Assembly: GCA_964496635.1 (NCBI GenBank)
Contig: CAZCAE010000003.1
Location: forward strand, 51,658-115,657
DNA length: 64,000 nt
Origin: an uncultured Spirochaeta sp.
GTDB lineage: Bacteria; Spirochaetota; Spirochaetia; DSM-27196; Alkalispirochaetaceae
Direction of reading: 5' to 3'
The position numbers and the translations under genes are program-made. The notes beneath the pieces were generated by a model that saw only the letters and a list, made by a program, of their open reading frames with translations, was not told the origin of the DNA and searched no databases. Shown piece by piece: positions 51,316 through 60,801 of the stretch (its first letter is position 1; the number at the start of each line of letters is the position of its first letter).

Positions 51316-52643
51316 CAGCGCAATTCAATGAAAAACGGGATATGATGAAAACCGAAATCCTGACGGAGCTGATTCATAATGTATCTGAGATAAAACTCGG
51401 GAAACCCCTTTTTTCTGTTCACAAAGAGGACAAAGCGCACCGGATTGGTGGAAACCTGCGTAATGTATCTCAACTTGATCGGTTTCTTTCCCGATGGCGG
51501 TGGCGTCTGCTCCAGCCATTTCTGCAGCGCCTGGTTCAGCGGCCCCGTTTCGATTCGCCGGTGCAATTCTCCACGAATGTGAACAAGCCGGTCAAGGAGA
51601 ACTTCCATGCCCTCTCCGGTGAGCGCCGAAATAGGCAGAATCGGTACGTGCCGGAATACAGGAAAGAGAAAGTGTACCCGGTCGGTAACCGCGTTCAGCT
51701 GATTTTCCAGGCCGTCTTTCAGAAGATCCCACTTGTTCAGGGCGACCACCACTCCGCGTCCCCGTTCAGCGATCCGGGCAGCTATCTTTTTATCCTGTTC
51801 GCTCAGACCTTTCACTACGTCAATGACGAGGACCACCAGCTCGGCGGCCTCGATGGTGTCGAGGGCGCGCTGCACCGCGTAATACTCAACCGATTCGTGA
51901 ACTTTAGATTTCCGACGAATTCCGGCAGTGTCGATAACGGTGAAATCCACCTCTTTGTGGCGGAATGCCGCTTCCACAATATCCCGGGTGGTGCCGGCCA
52001 GTTCCGAAACAATAGCCCGTTCTTCACCGATAAGCTGGTTCAACAGGCTGGACTTTCCCGTATTGGGCTGACCGACGATAGCAAGTCGTACCGGTCCCGA
52101 CGGGACGGTGAGCGACTGGTCATCGACGGATGGTTCCGAAATTTCTTGTTCCGGCAGCAACTCCAGAACTGCTTCTACAAGATCATCCATTCCGTAGCCG
52201 TGTTCGGCGGAAATAGAAACAACCGTGGATATCCCGAACCTGAGAAAATCGTGAAACATCAATTGCCGTTCTTCATTGTCTATCTTGTTAACCACAAGTA
52301 TGGTGGGACGACCGGAACGACGCACCAGATCAATGAGCTCTTCGTCTTCCCCGGTAAAGTCCATAACGTCCAGAAGAAGAAGCACTACATCCGCCCGGGA
52401 AATCTCCGCCTTGCTTCGGCCATAGACCTCACGATCCAGTTCCCGCTCGCCCTCACCGATTCCACCGGTATCAACCAGAAGGACCGGCCGATCACCGATC
52501 TCAGCCTCAACCGCAACAGAATCCCGGGTAACTCCGGGCATGCGGTCGGTAATGGCGTAACGCCGACCGTAGAGACGATTGAACAATGTAGACTTGCCGA
52601 CATTGGGACGACCGGCAATACATACTCTCGATAAGGGATTCAT
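51315..52643 (-). CDS. der: Ribosome biogenesis GTPase Der
   Basis: Two G domains (GRPNVGKST, GQPNTGKSS, DTGG/DTAG, NKID/NKWD) plus a KH-like domain. Confidence 0.97.
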   Translation of the reverse strand: MNPLSRVCIAGRPNVGKSTLFNRLYGRRYAITDRMPGVTRDSVAVEAEIGDRPVLLVDTGGIGEGERELDREVYGRSKAEISRADVVLLLLDVMDFTGEDEELIDLVRRSGRPTILVVNKIDNEERQLMFHDFLRFGISTVVSISAEHGYGMDDLVEAVLELLPEQEISEPSVDDQSLTVPSGPVRLAIVGQPNTGKSSLLNQLIGEERAIVSELAGTTRDIVEAAFRHKEVDFTVIDTAGIRRKSKVHESVEYYAVQRALDTIEAAELVVLVIDVVKGLSEQDKKIAARIAERGRGVVVALNKWDLLKDGLENQLNAVTDRVHFLFPVFRHVPILPISALTGEGMEVLLDRLVHIRGELHRRIETGPLNQALQKWLEQTPPPSGKKPIKLRYITQVSTNPVRFVLFVNRKKGFPEFYLRYIMNQLRQDFGFHHIPFFIELR

Positions 52644-52649
52644 AAAGGT

Positions 52650-54392
52650 TTAATACACTTCCAGGTCAAAACGTTGTTGCATATACTCCCGAACCGCCCG
52701 ATCCACGTCCTCGGTGTCCCGTAAATCCATAATCCGACCGACGAGCTCCTCCGCCTCAGCAAGGCTGACTGACCGTATGATCTGCTTCACCTCGGGGATA
52801 CCAACGGCACTCATGCTGAATTCATCCAACCCCAGTCCGAGAAGTACCACCGAGGCCAGGGGATCACCGGCCATTTCACCGCACATTGCGACCGAAAGAC
52901 CTTCAATGTGAGCATTATCGATGACCGTCTTGATCAGCCGTATTACACCGGGATGAAAGGGCTCGTACAGATAGGCGACCCGTTCGTTTCCCCTGTCCAC
53001 CGCAATGGTATACTGAATAAGATCGTTTGTACCAATAGAAAAAAAGTCCACCTTCCGGGCCAGAATATCAGAAGTCAGTGCAGCCGACGGTACTTCTATC
53101 ATAATACCCACAGGGACACGTTCTACAAAGGCGATGTCTTCTTTGCGGAGCTCATTTTTTACTTCTGCCAGGATATCAAGGGCGCGGTTGAGTTCCTGAA
53201 TACCCGAAATCATCGGGAACATAATCTTCAAATTGCCGTGTACTCCCGCCCGAAGGAGCGCTCTCAGCTGTGTTTTGAACAGGTCCAGCTGCGAAAGGCA
53301 GAGCCGGATAGCCCGCCACCCGAGAATAGGGTTCTTTTCATTGTGTGCATGAACCCGCTCGTTGAATTTATCCCCTCCCAGGTCAAGAGTTCTGATAGTG
53401 ACTGGTCGGTTTTCCATCGATTCCAGCACTGAACGGTAGGAATCGTACTGCTCCTCCTCCGTAGGAAACCCGGAAGTACGCAGAAAAAGAAATTCCGAAC
53501 GGTACAACCCGATACCCGTCGCACCGTGGTTCTTCACGCCTTCGACTTCTTCGGGGATTTCGATATTCCCTTTCAACAGGATCAGTTTGCCGTCCCGGGT
53601 CTCGGCAGGCAGGTTGTTCAGGCGCATAAGCTGCACCTCATGCTCCTGCCACCGGTTCAGAATATTCTGGTATTTCTCCAGAGTCTCCTCATCGGGGTCG
53701 ACGATGACGACGCCACTGTTCCCGTCCACAATAATCCGGTCGTCACCCTGGACGAGACGTGTTACGGACGACAGCCCCAGAACAGCTGGAATCTCGAAAC
53801 TCCGGGCGATAATTGCGGTGTGGGAGGTCTTGCCCCCTGCATCGGTGACGATAGCCTGAACCATCCGCTTATTCATGGAGACCGCTTCTGAGGGAAGAAG
53901 GTCATGCGCGACGATAACCCGCTCGTCCGAGAGATCGGAAAGGTCCGTCTGATCCCGGTCAAGGAGATGATTGAGGACCCGTTTTGATACGTCGTGAATG
54001 TCCGCCGTCCTCTCCCGAAGATAGGTGTCGCTGGACTGGCCCAATTTTTCCAGAAGGTCCATTACAGTTTGGTGCAATACCCACTCCACATTGAGAAGCT
54101 CCTGCTCCATACGTTTATGAACCGACTCAAAGAATGAAGGATCCTGAAGCATCATCAGATGGGTATCAAGAAGTCGTACTTCGTCCTGTTCCAACTGCTG
54201 ATCCGGGCTGTCTTTGATTTTTTCGATATCGGTACTTGCCCGTTGGACCGCGGCAATGAGTCGACTCTTTTCCGCATCCAGGTTCCGGCGGGTGATTTTA
54301 TACCGGGGAATCTGGGGATGATCATCCATATGAAGGAGAACACGCCCGATTGCAATACCCGGTGAGGCGGCGATACCTCTCAGTTCCGTCAT
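52650..54392 (-). CDS. ptsI: PTS enzyme I
   Basis: LRGIAASPG, GGKTSHTAIIAR (phospho-His), IGLYRSEFL, FFSIGTNDL, CGEMAGD. ATG at 54392. Confidence 0.97.
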   Translation of the reverse strand: MTELRGIAASPGIAIGRVLLHMDDHPQIPRYKITRRNLDAEKSRLIAAVQRASTDIEKIKDSPDQQLEQDEVRLLDTHLMMLQDPSFFESVHKRMEQELLNVEWVLHQTVMDLLEKLGQSSDTYLRERTADIHDVSKRVLNHLLDRDQTDLSDLSDERVIVAHDLLPSEAVSMNKRMVQAIVTDAGGKTSHTAIIARSFEIPAVLGLSSVTRLVQGDDRIIVDGNSGVVIVDPDEETLEKYQNILNRWQEHEVQLMRLNNLPAETRDGKLILLKGNIEIPEEVEGVKNHGATGIGLYRSEFLFLRTSGFPTEEEQYDSYRSVLESMENRPVTIRTLDLGGDKFNERVHAHNEKNPILGWRAIRLCLSQLDLFKTQLRALLRAGVHGNLKIMFPMISGIQELNRALDILAEVKNELRKEDIAFVERVPVGIMIEVPSAALTSDILARKVDFFSIGTNDLIQYTIAVDRGNERVAYLYEPFHPGVIRLIKTVIDNAHIEGLSVAMCGEMAGDPLASVVLLGLGLDEFSMSAVGIPEVKQIIRSVSLAEAEELVGRIMDLRDTEDVDRAVREYMQQRFDLEVY

Positions 54393-54398
54393 TGCTGT

Positions 54399-54428
54399 AT
54401 CATAGATGGTTCGTTTTACAACTGTCAA
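54399..54428 (-). promoter_or_regulatory. sigma70 promoter for ptsI-der, probably leaderless
   Basis: TTGACA-N18-TATGAT, ATG 6 nt downstream, no SD. Confidence 0.65.
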
Positions 54429-54460
54429 ACATGGAGCCGAAATGACCGATATACTCAAAT

Positions 54461-55288
54461 ATGGGAAAAGAGCGCTCCCGCAAGAAATCATCTTTCGGCG
54501 TCATTTTCTGGATCGCCATGATTCTCCTGGTTACAATAATTCTGCTATTCAACCTCCCGGCGATTCGCGAGGTTCTGGAAAGTACCAATTTTGTTGATGT
54601 TGTGTTTGAACCTCGTGACCTCCAGACGGAAGAACCGATTGAACCGCCGGTGCTGGAATCGCCCGGCGGGTCCGAACGGGTACCCTCACGGGACAGGATT
54701 TCACCGGACCACCCGGCCCCGGGAGAACGGGATTCTGAAGGCTCCGCCGAGGAAATCGGCACGGAGAATCCAGCTGTTGAACAGCCTCAGGATGAGGACG
54801 AACCGGGTCGAGAAGTTGTGGTTCCTCCACCGGAAGAGCGTTTGCCGGAGGGACAGGAACAGATTCGCACCGCTTCGCTCTATTTTATACGGGTTTCCGA
54901 CGACGGTCGTATACTGGCAGTCCCCGTCCGGCGGTCAGTCCGGTTTTCCGGTGGCCCACTGACTGCGACTATAGAATCGCTCATCGCGGGGCCCGATGTT
55001 GAAGACCACAATAACGGTTTGTTGAGTCTCATACCCGAGGGAACTGAACTCCTCTCTGCCCGGGTGGCCGACGGAGTTGCTTATCTGAATTTCAATGAAG
55101 CTTTCCGATTCAACACCATGGGCCTGGAAGGATATCTCGCCCAGATGCGTCAGGTAGTCGAAACTGCCACAGAGTTTTCAACAGTTGAACGCGTTCAGAT
55201 CCTCATCAACGGTCAGATTGTAGAGTACCTCGGCGGTGACGGAATCTATATCGGTACTCCCATTTCCGCACGGGACCTGCGGCGTTAG
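54461..55288 (+). CDS. GerMN-domain membrane-anchored protein
   Basis: N-terminal TM, acidic/Pro linker, LIAGP..SLIPEGTELLS..AYLNFNEAF..TATEFSTVERVQILING. Confidence 0.85.
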   Translation: MGKERSRKKSSFGVIFWIAMILLVTIILLFNLPAIREVLESTNFVDVVFEPRDLQTEEPIEPPVLESPGGSERVPSRDRISPDHPAPGERDSEGSAEEIGTENPAVEQPQDEDEPGREVVVPPPEERLPEGQEQIRTASLYFIRVSDDGRILAVPVRRSVRFSGGPLTATIESLIAGPDVEDHNNGLLSLIPEGTELLSARVADGVAYLNFNEAFRFNTMGLEGYLAQMRQVVETATEFSTVERVQILINGQIVEYLGGDGIYIGTPISARDLRR

Positions 55289-55305
55289 TCGAAATCCGTG
55301 GCAGA

Positions 55306-56049
55306 CTAAGTTCTGCGCACGTGTAACAGTACTTCCCGATTACCGCTTCTACCGGTAATCGGACTGTCCATATACCGGACAATCTCCAGACCTTCTTTTT
55401 GCAGGTCGTAAATAGCTCCACGAACAAGTTCTTCACGCAGGAACGGGTCAACGACGCCCTCGTCCAGACCACTGTCGATCCGACGGCCCCATCTGATCTC
55501 TGCGGCCGCCTCGAACTGTGGTTTCAGCAGTGCAACTCCCCACCCCTGAGTGGTCAGCCCCAGAATGTGCATCAACACCCCCCGCAGACTCCGGAAGGAG
55601 AGGTCACACACCGCCGCGGCGGGTGGTGGGTCCAGAGTGGTAATATCATTGATGTTGGTGCGTTCATGAACATGTACACGGGTGTCCGTGCGCAGACGGT
55701 AATCCAGTTGGTTGTACCCTACGTCTACAGCATGAACCGCCGTTGCGCCGGCCTGTAACAGAACATCGGTGAAACCTCCGGTACTTGCCCCGGCATCAAG
55801 CCATACCATTCCCGCCGGAGAGATGTTCCACTCCACAAGGGCTGCGGCGAGCTTGTATCCCCCTCGGGACACGTATTTTTTTCGGCGAATGGAAAGTTCC
55901 GAGTCCGTCCCGACAAATGTCAACGGATCCCGGCTGACCGCTCCGTTTACCAGGACTTCGGAACACATGATAAAACCATACAGTACATCCCGACTGTACT
56001 CAGGAAAGCGTGTTACCAGAAGATCAAGCAGTCGTTTGTGTACGGCCAC
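55306..56049 (-). CDS. tlyA: TlyA family rRNA methyltransferase
   Basis: S4 domain, YVSRGGYKL, LDAGASTGGFTD, AVDVGYNQL, LLKPQFE, GRSGNRE. Confidence 0.95.
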   Translation of the reverse strand: MAVHKRLLDLLVTRFPEYSRDVLYGFIMCSEVLVNGAVSRDPLTFVGTDSELSIRRKKYVSRGGYKLAAALVEWNISPAGMVWLDAGASTGGFTDVLLQAGATAVHAVDVGYNQLDYRLRTDTRVHVHERTNINDITTLDPPPAAAVCDLSFRSLRGVLMHILGLTTQGWGVALLKPQFEAAAEIRWGRRIDSGLDEGVVDPFLREELVRGAIYDLQKEGLEIVRYMDSPITGRSGNREVLLHVRRT

Positions 56050-56078
56050 TCTCAGCCCGTCTCACCATATTGAAGCGC

Positions 56079-56858
56079 CTACACAAGAGATCTGAATGCA
56101 ATCCGCTCAACGGATGTGGCATGACCGTCACCGTCTGACTCCACAACGAGGCCGTGAAGGATGGCGGCATTCCCGGCGACCTCGTTCTTCAAGGGCAGCT
56201 GCGTCAAAGCACGGCGGATGCTGATTTCCGGATCAAAACCGATGACACTGTCGTCAGGACCGGAGGCTCCTATGTCGGTAATGTAAGCCGTTCCACCGGA
56301 TAACACACGTTCGTCCGCCGTCTGAACGTGTGTATGAGTTCCGTACAGAACGGTGATGTCTCCGTCGAGATAGTGCGCCAGGGCCTCCTTTTCTTCCGTT
56401 GACTCAGCGTGAAAATCCACGACCACCCCATCTACCTGTCCTTTCAGGCGCTTCAGAATCTCCCGGGAACGCCGGAAGGGACAATCGATAGCAGACATCC
56501 GGTCACGGCCCTGCAGGTTGACTACCGCCACTTTCCCTGCCCGCGTTTCGTGCACGCAGACACCACTGCCGGGAGCGCCTCCGGGGTAGTTGTCCGGTCG
56601 CAGAATAGAAGTGTTGTTGTTGAGCAGATCCGAAATTGAATCGTGATGCCAGACGTGATTACCGGTAGTAATCACGTCTGCCCCCGCCTTGAAAAGCTGT
56701 TCCGCGAGCTGTCCGTTAATGCCGAATCCGTCGTCGGCATTTTCACCGTTCACAATGACAATGTCCGCCCGATACTGCCGCACAAGCCCCTTCAGGGCGC
56801 TCACCACGGCACGCATACCGGACTGACCGATCACATCTCCGAGAATCAGAATTTTCAT
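56079..56858 (-). CDS. ymdB: YmdB-like metallophosphoesterase
   Basis: ILILGDVIG, IVNGENA, TTGNHVW, VDFHAESTEEK, GTHTHVQTAD; follows rny. Confidence 0.93.
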   Translation of the reverse strand: MKILILGDVIGQSGMRAVVSALKGLVRQYRADIVIVNGENADDGFGINGQLAEQLFKAGADVITTGNHVWHHDSISDLLNNNTSILRPDNYPGGAPGSGVCVHETRAGKVAVVNLQGRDRMSAIDCPFRRSREILKRLKGQVDGVVVDFHAESTEEKEALAHYLDGDITVLYGTHTHVQTADERVLSGGTAYITDIGASGPDDSVIGFDPEISIRRALTQLPLKNEVAGNAAILHGLVVESDGDGHATSVERIAFRSLV

Positions 56859-56862
56859 GCAC

Positions 56863-58392
56863 CTACCGCGCGTATTCCACAACGCGCGTTTCACGAATCA
56901 TAGTAACCTTAATCCTGCCGGGGTAGCGCAGTTGTTCTTCAATATTCCGGGCAATCTTCTTGGCGATTTCCCGAGCTTCCTGATCACTGACTTTTTCATG
57001 GTTGACCATAATCCGGAGTTCCCGACCGGCCTGAATAGCGTAGGCTTTCTCTACACCCTCATATGCCTCGGCAATTGCTTCCAGGTTTTCCAGACGCTTG
57101 ATGTAGTTATCCAGCGTCTCCCGACGTGCCCCGGGACGGGACGCCGAAATGGCATCCGCAACCTGAACAATAACCGATTCCATGCAGTTGTGAGGTACGT
57201 CACCGTGATGGGCGGCAATGCAGTTAATGACCCGGGCGTCCTCGCCAAGCCGTTTCCCCAGCTCCACACCCAGTTCCACGTGATTACTGTCACCGTCGGT
57301 CTCTATACCCTTGCCGATATCATGAAGAATACCGCCACGCTTGGCGATTTCCACATCCGCGCCAACTTCAGCGGCAATTGTTCCGGCAAGAACGGCAACT
57401 TCCTTACTGTGGGCAAGGACGTTCTGCCCGTAACTGGTCCGAAATGCGAGACGTCCCAGGCCGCGGACACCTTCCGGTCGTATGTGATGAATATTCAGGT
57501 CATAGAGAACCTTCTCGCCCTCTTCATAGATCGTCTGGGTCATGTCGGCGGTAACTTTCTGAACCACCTCCTCAATCCGGGTAGGATGAATCCGTCCGTC
57601 CGTTACCAGTCGTTCCAGCGACCGCTTCGCAATTTCTTTCCGGACCGGTTCGAAACAGGAGACCACCACCGCTTCAGGAGTATCATCAATGATGATATCC
57701 ACCCCGGTGAGCGTTTCCAGAGTCCTGATGTTGCGCCCTTCCCGGCCGATAATTCTCCCCTTCATTTCATCGTTGGGCAGGCTGACCGATGAAACGGTAA
57801 CTTCAGTATTTACCTCACTGGCTACACGCTGAATGGTGGAGACGAGAATCTCCCGGGCGGTCTTGTCCGCCGTTGCCACCGCCTCCTGTTCAATCTTGTT
57901 TACCAGTCCCTGAGCTTCGTGGCGCGCCTCGTCTTCCAGCGACGAAATAATCAGTTTTCGCGCGTCTTCCTGGGTGAGCCCGGAAATTCTCTCCATCTCG
58001 TTTCGCCAGTGAATTTCCTGTTCTTCCAGGAATTTTGTCCGTTCGTCAAGCTTCCTCTCACGGGATACCAATTCCTGTTGCTCCTGTTCCAGAGCACTGG
58101 ACTTGGTTTCTAGGTTCTCTTCTTTCTGTAACAGTCGTTGTTCCAGTCGCTGCAGTTCCTTTTGCCGCTCCCGAAGTTCCCGTTCCTGTTCGTTCCGTTC
58201 GCGCTGAAGCGCATCTCTCGTTTCTAGTATCAGCTCTTTCTTGCGTGCTTCGGCATCTTTTGCCGCGTCTTTCTTCAGACGTTCCGCACGTTGCTCCGTC
58301 GAAGACAGCTGAAACCTGGCGTACAGCCAGCGAATAGTCCAACCTAGAATTACACCTGCAAGAGGAAGGGAAATCAACAGAATAAGTTGCAT
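56863..58392 (-). CDS. rny: Ribonuclease Y
   Basis: N-terminal TM, coiled coil, KH (KGRIIGREGRNIR), HD (LHDIGK), DAISASRPGAR. Confidence 0.98.
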   Translation of the reverse strand: MQLILLISLPLAGVILGWTIRWLYARFQLSSTEQRAERLKKDAAKDAEARKKELILETRDALQRERNEQERELRERQKELQRLEQRLLQKEENLETKSSALEQEQQELVSRERKLDERTKFLEEQEIHWRNEMERISGLTQEDARKLIISSLEDEARHEAQGLVNKIEQEAVATADKTAREILVSTIQRVASEVNTEVTVSSVSLPNDEMKGRIIGREGRNIRTLETLTGVDIIIDDTPEAVVVSCFEPVRKEIAKRSLERLVTDGRIHPTRIEEVVQKVTADMTQTIYEEGEKVLYDLNIHHIRPEGVRGLGRLAFRTSYGQNVLAHSKEVAVLAGTIAAEVGADVEIAKRGGILHDIGKGIETDGDSNHVELGVELGKRLGEDARVINCIAAHHGDVPHNCMESVIVQVADAISASRPGARRETLDNYIKRLENLEAIAEAYEGVEKAYAIQAGRELRIMVNHEKVSDQEAREIAKKIARNIEEQLRYPGRIKVTMIRETRVVEYAR

Positions 58393-58424
58393 AGACCTTC
58401 CTCCACCAATGGTTCTAAGATTTT

Positions 58425-58454
58425 AGCCTATAGTGCTTTACAAAGCCATGTCAA
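58425..58454 (-). promoter_or_regulatory. sigma70 promoter for rny-ymdB-tlyA
   Basis: TTGACA-N18-TAGGCT; GGAGG RBS before the rny ATG. Confidence 0.55.
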
Positions 58455-59101
58455 GTTTCAAGCCAATCCGGGTCGTCATCATATCCGACAATCCGGCGAT
58501 CGAGTCGTTCGGCCCGTCGTCGAAGACGAAGAGTCCGCTTCAAACCGCGCTGCAGGAGAAGAAGCATGTCCTGGGTCATGGAATCTACGTCCGGATCATC
58601 CAGATTGGCAATTACTGCATCCAGAAGAGTGAGGACCAATCGATGGGCGTTGTTGTATATTCCCGGACGAAATACGTTTCGCCGGGACCCCTCCCGGATG
58701 ACCTCATCCAGAATATCTTCAATTCGTTTTCTCAAAATACCTACTCCCCCGGCTCCCACATCTATACCGGGATAGAGGAAGCGTTCGTCCCGTGAAAGAA
58801 CTCCCCGCAGAATCGGGTAACGACGTATTCCGAGTATTGTGAAACGATAGACCGCTTTCAGTTTGTTCAACGGGGAATGCAGGCGCCCGACCATCAGTTC
58901 AGCTTTTCGGATACCCTCCCGTTGGATCAGACGAAGAATATCTTCATAAAAACCTTCCTTGCCGGGAAAATGTTTATAAAATGTACCGACACTTAGTCCG
59001 CAATGTCGAACGATATCTTCTACCGAGACATCTCTGTAACCGTATCGTGAAAAAAGCTCCATGCCGGATCGGATGATCAGATTTCGCCTGTTGGCTTTCA
59101 T
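58451..59101 (-). CDS. TetR/AcrR family transcriptional regulator
   Basis: IIRSGMELFSRYGYRDVSVEDIVRHCGLSVGTFYKHFPGKE; ATG at 59101. Confidence 0.92.
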   Translation of the reverse strand: MKANRRNLIIRSGMELFSRYGYRDVSVEDIVRHCGLSVGTFYKHFPGKEGFYEDILRLIQREGIRKAELMVGRLHSPLNKLKAVYRFTILGIRRYPILRGVLSRDERFLYPGIDVGAGGVGILRKRIEDILDEVIREGSRRNVFRPGIYNNAHRLVLTLLDAVIANLDDPDVDSMTQDMLLLLQRGLKRTLRLRRRAERLDRRIVGYDDDPDWLET

Positions 59102-59108
59102 CGCAGAA

Positions 59109-59118
59109 TAGTATACTA
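59109..59118. promoter_or_regulatory. Perfect palindrome TAGTATACTA overlapping the predicted tetR -10 (TATACT)
   Basis: Seen directly; a TTTCGC-N17-TATACT promoter on the minus strand ends 8 nt before the tetR ATG. Confidence 0.45.
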
Positions 59119-59156
59119 CAACGTATCCGGGGGCGAAAGCTAATCCGACAAGCAAA

Positions 59157-59191
59157 TGAAGATTCTCTTCAGATATTCACTCTGCTATTAT
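59157..59191 (+). promoter_or_regulatory. Candidate operator TGAAGA-ttc-TCTTCA over the -35 of the cysteate synthase operon promoter
   Basis: Palindrome at 59157-59171; extended -10 TGcTATTAT at 59183-59191, 17 nt after TTCTCT. Confidence 0.45.
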
Positions 59192-59295
59192 ATCTTATTT
59201 TTCCATTAAAGTTACACATACATTCTTCTTGAAAGGGTTGGAGGACGATCACGACCAGAGATCACAATCACAGAAGCGGTGTCGGGAACACAACA

Positions 59296-60801
59296 TTGAC
59301 TATCTCCGGTTCGACCGGTAAGACAGCAGCTATGGATGGCGCCTCCGGCAACGTGTCGCAACAACACTATGACCTTTTCCCGTTAGGACGGCCGGATATC
59401 CTGCCGAATATCCTGCAGGATATCCGGCACGTCGAAACGGATATCTTTCCTATGGAAGTGCCCGCTGCCGGTGAACGCCCCGTATTTCTGCGGACACGCT
59501 ACCGACAGACCCGATTTTGTCCGGACTCCCTCCGTACCGATATATTTCGTTACGCTTCATGGTTGCCCGTTTCGCGTATCCTTGACGGAGGGGGTGGTCC
59601 CGTAACCTGGCAGTCTGAAGGCTACGGCCCCCATCTGGGTCTGAAGAAACTCTATATTACCTTCAGTGGATGGTGGCCCCGTCGAGAAGCACGTATACCC
59701 ACCGGCACATTCAAGGAAAATGAAGCCTACGCAGTCTATGGCCGCATGGGCGACGCGGCATACCGACACACACTGGTTGTGGCATCAGCCGGCAATACCG
59801 CCCGCGCCTTTCTCCGGGTCGCAACGGAGCATAATTTTCCTCTGGTCATCGTCGTCCCCGAAGACAACCTGCCGGATCTGTGGACAGTCGGGCTCCGAGG
59901 CCCATCCACCACCGTTGTCGCAGCAGGAAACGGCGCAGACTACAGTGACGCCATTGCACTTTCCGGACTTCTTGCGGCGGCGCCTGGTTTTCTGGCAGAG
60001 GGCGGTGCAAAGAACGTCGCCCGACGGGACGGGATGGGCACCACCTTCCTTTCGGCCGCCGAAACGATGGGACGCATTCCGGACCACTATTTTCAGGCCG
60101 TCGGAAGCGGAACAGGCGCCATTGCCGCATGGGAGGCGAATCTCCGTCTTCTGGATGCGGGATATCCTGGAACTCTTGAGAGCGGCCCCGGAACCCCACG
60201 CCAACCGCCCACCCGGCCGGCCCGGTCCGACCACGGCGCGGCCCGCCATACCGTTGGACCCGCTTTCGGCCTCGCCAGGCTCCACCTTGCCCAAAACGCT
60301 CCCTTCACCCTCCTTGTGGACACCTGGAACGCCCGCAGCGCCACCCTGCTGCCACTTGATCCAGAGACGGCCAAAAATCAGATAGACAACATCCATGCAA
60401 AGGTTCTGGCCAACCGCCACGCCCCCTGGTCCCCAACCGGGGGGCTTTTTGACGCCCTCACAGCGACCGGCGGGGTCATGTACGCCCCGGACAACACTGC
60501 GGCATCCAGGGCGGGCCGGACCTTTCAGTCCAAAGAAGGCTCGGACATATCCCCCGCCGCCGCCGTCGCATGCGCCGCTCTGGAAGAAGCTGTCGCAACG
60601 GGGACAGTCCAGCCCGAAGACTACATAAGCCTCAACATAACCGGCGGCGGCTACGCATCAGCCCGAAGAGAACTGGACACGCACCCTCTCACTGCTGATA
60701 TCGTTGTCGACCCACAACGTCAAACCACCCGGTCAATCGCTCGAGCGGTCATGAATTTCCGAAATATGCGTACAAGGAGACCAGAGTATGTTACTAGATG
60801 A
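59296..60801 (+). CDS. Cysteate synthase (threonine synthase-like PLP enzyme; CapA-type). Start may be the ATG at 59332
   Basis: Family-specific motifs LYITFSGWWP, GTFKENEA (PLP Lys), VASAGNTARAF, DYSDAI, EGGAKNVARRDGMGT, PDHYFQAVGSGTG, VLANR..GGLFDAL, LNITGGG match methanosarcinal/Bacteroidota cysteate synthases as I recall them. Confidence 0.92.
   Translation: MTISGSTGKTAAMDGASGNVSQQHYDLFPLGRPDILPNILQDIRHVETDIFPMEVPAAGERPVFLRTRYRQTRFCPDSLRTDIFRYASWLPVSRILDGGGGPVTWQSEGYGPHLGLKKLYITFSGWWPRREARIPTGTFKENEAYAVYGRMGDAAYRHTLVVASAGNTARAFLRVATEHNFPLVIVVPEDNLPDLWTVGLRGPSTTVVAAGNGADYSDAIALSGLLAAAPGFLAEGGAKNVARRDGMGTTFLSAAETMGRIPDHYFQAVGSGTGAIAAWEANLRLLDAGYPGTLESGPGTPRQPPTRPARSDHGAARHTVGPAFGLARLHLAQNAPFTLLVDTWNARSATLLPLDPETAKNQIDNIHAKVLANRHAPWSPTGGLFDALTATGGVMYAPDNTAASRAGRTFQSKEGSDISPAAAVACAALEEAVATGTVQPEDYISLNITGGGYASARRELDTHPLTADIVVDPQRQTTRSIARAVMNFRNMRTRRPEYVTR

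Noticed and set aside
51309-52634. 441 aa plus-strand ORF
   Set aside because: Antisense shadow of der with no recognisable motifs. The same applies to 11115-11993 (clpA), 40266-41123 (coiled coil), 56857-57792 (rny) and most short ORFs in the track.
59296-60801. Threonine synthase, or a coenzyme M pathway gene
   Set aside because: The motifs are cysteate-synthase-specific; no hom/thrB or comDE-type genes are adjacent; the partner gene points to lipid synthesis.
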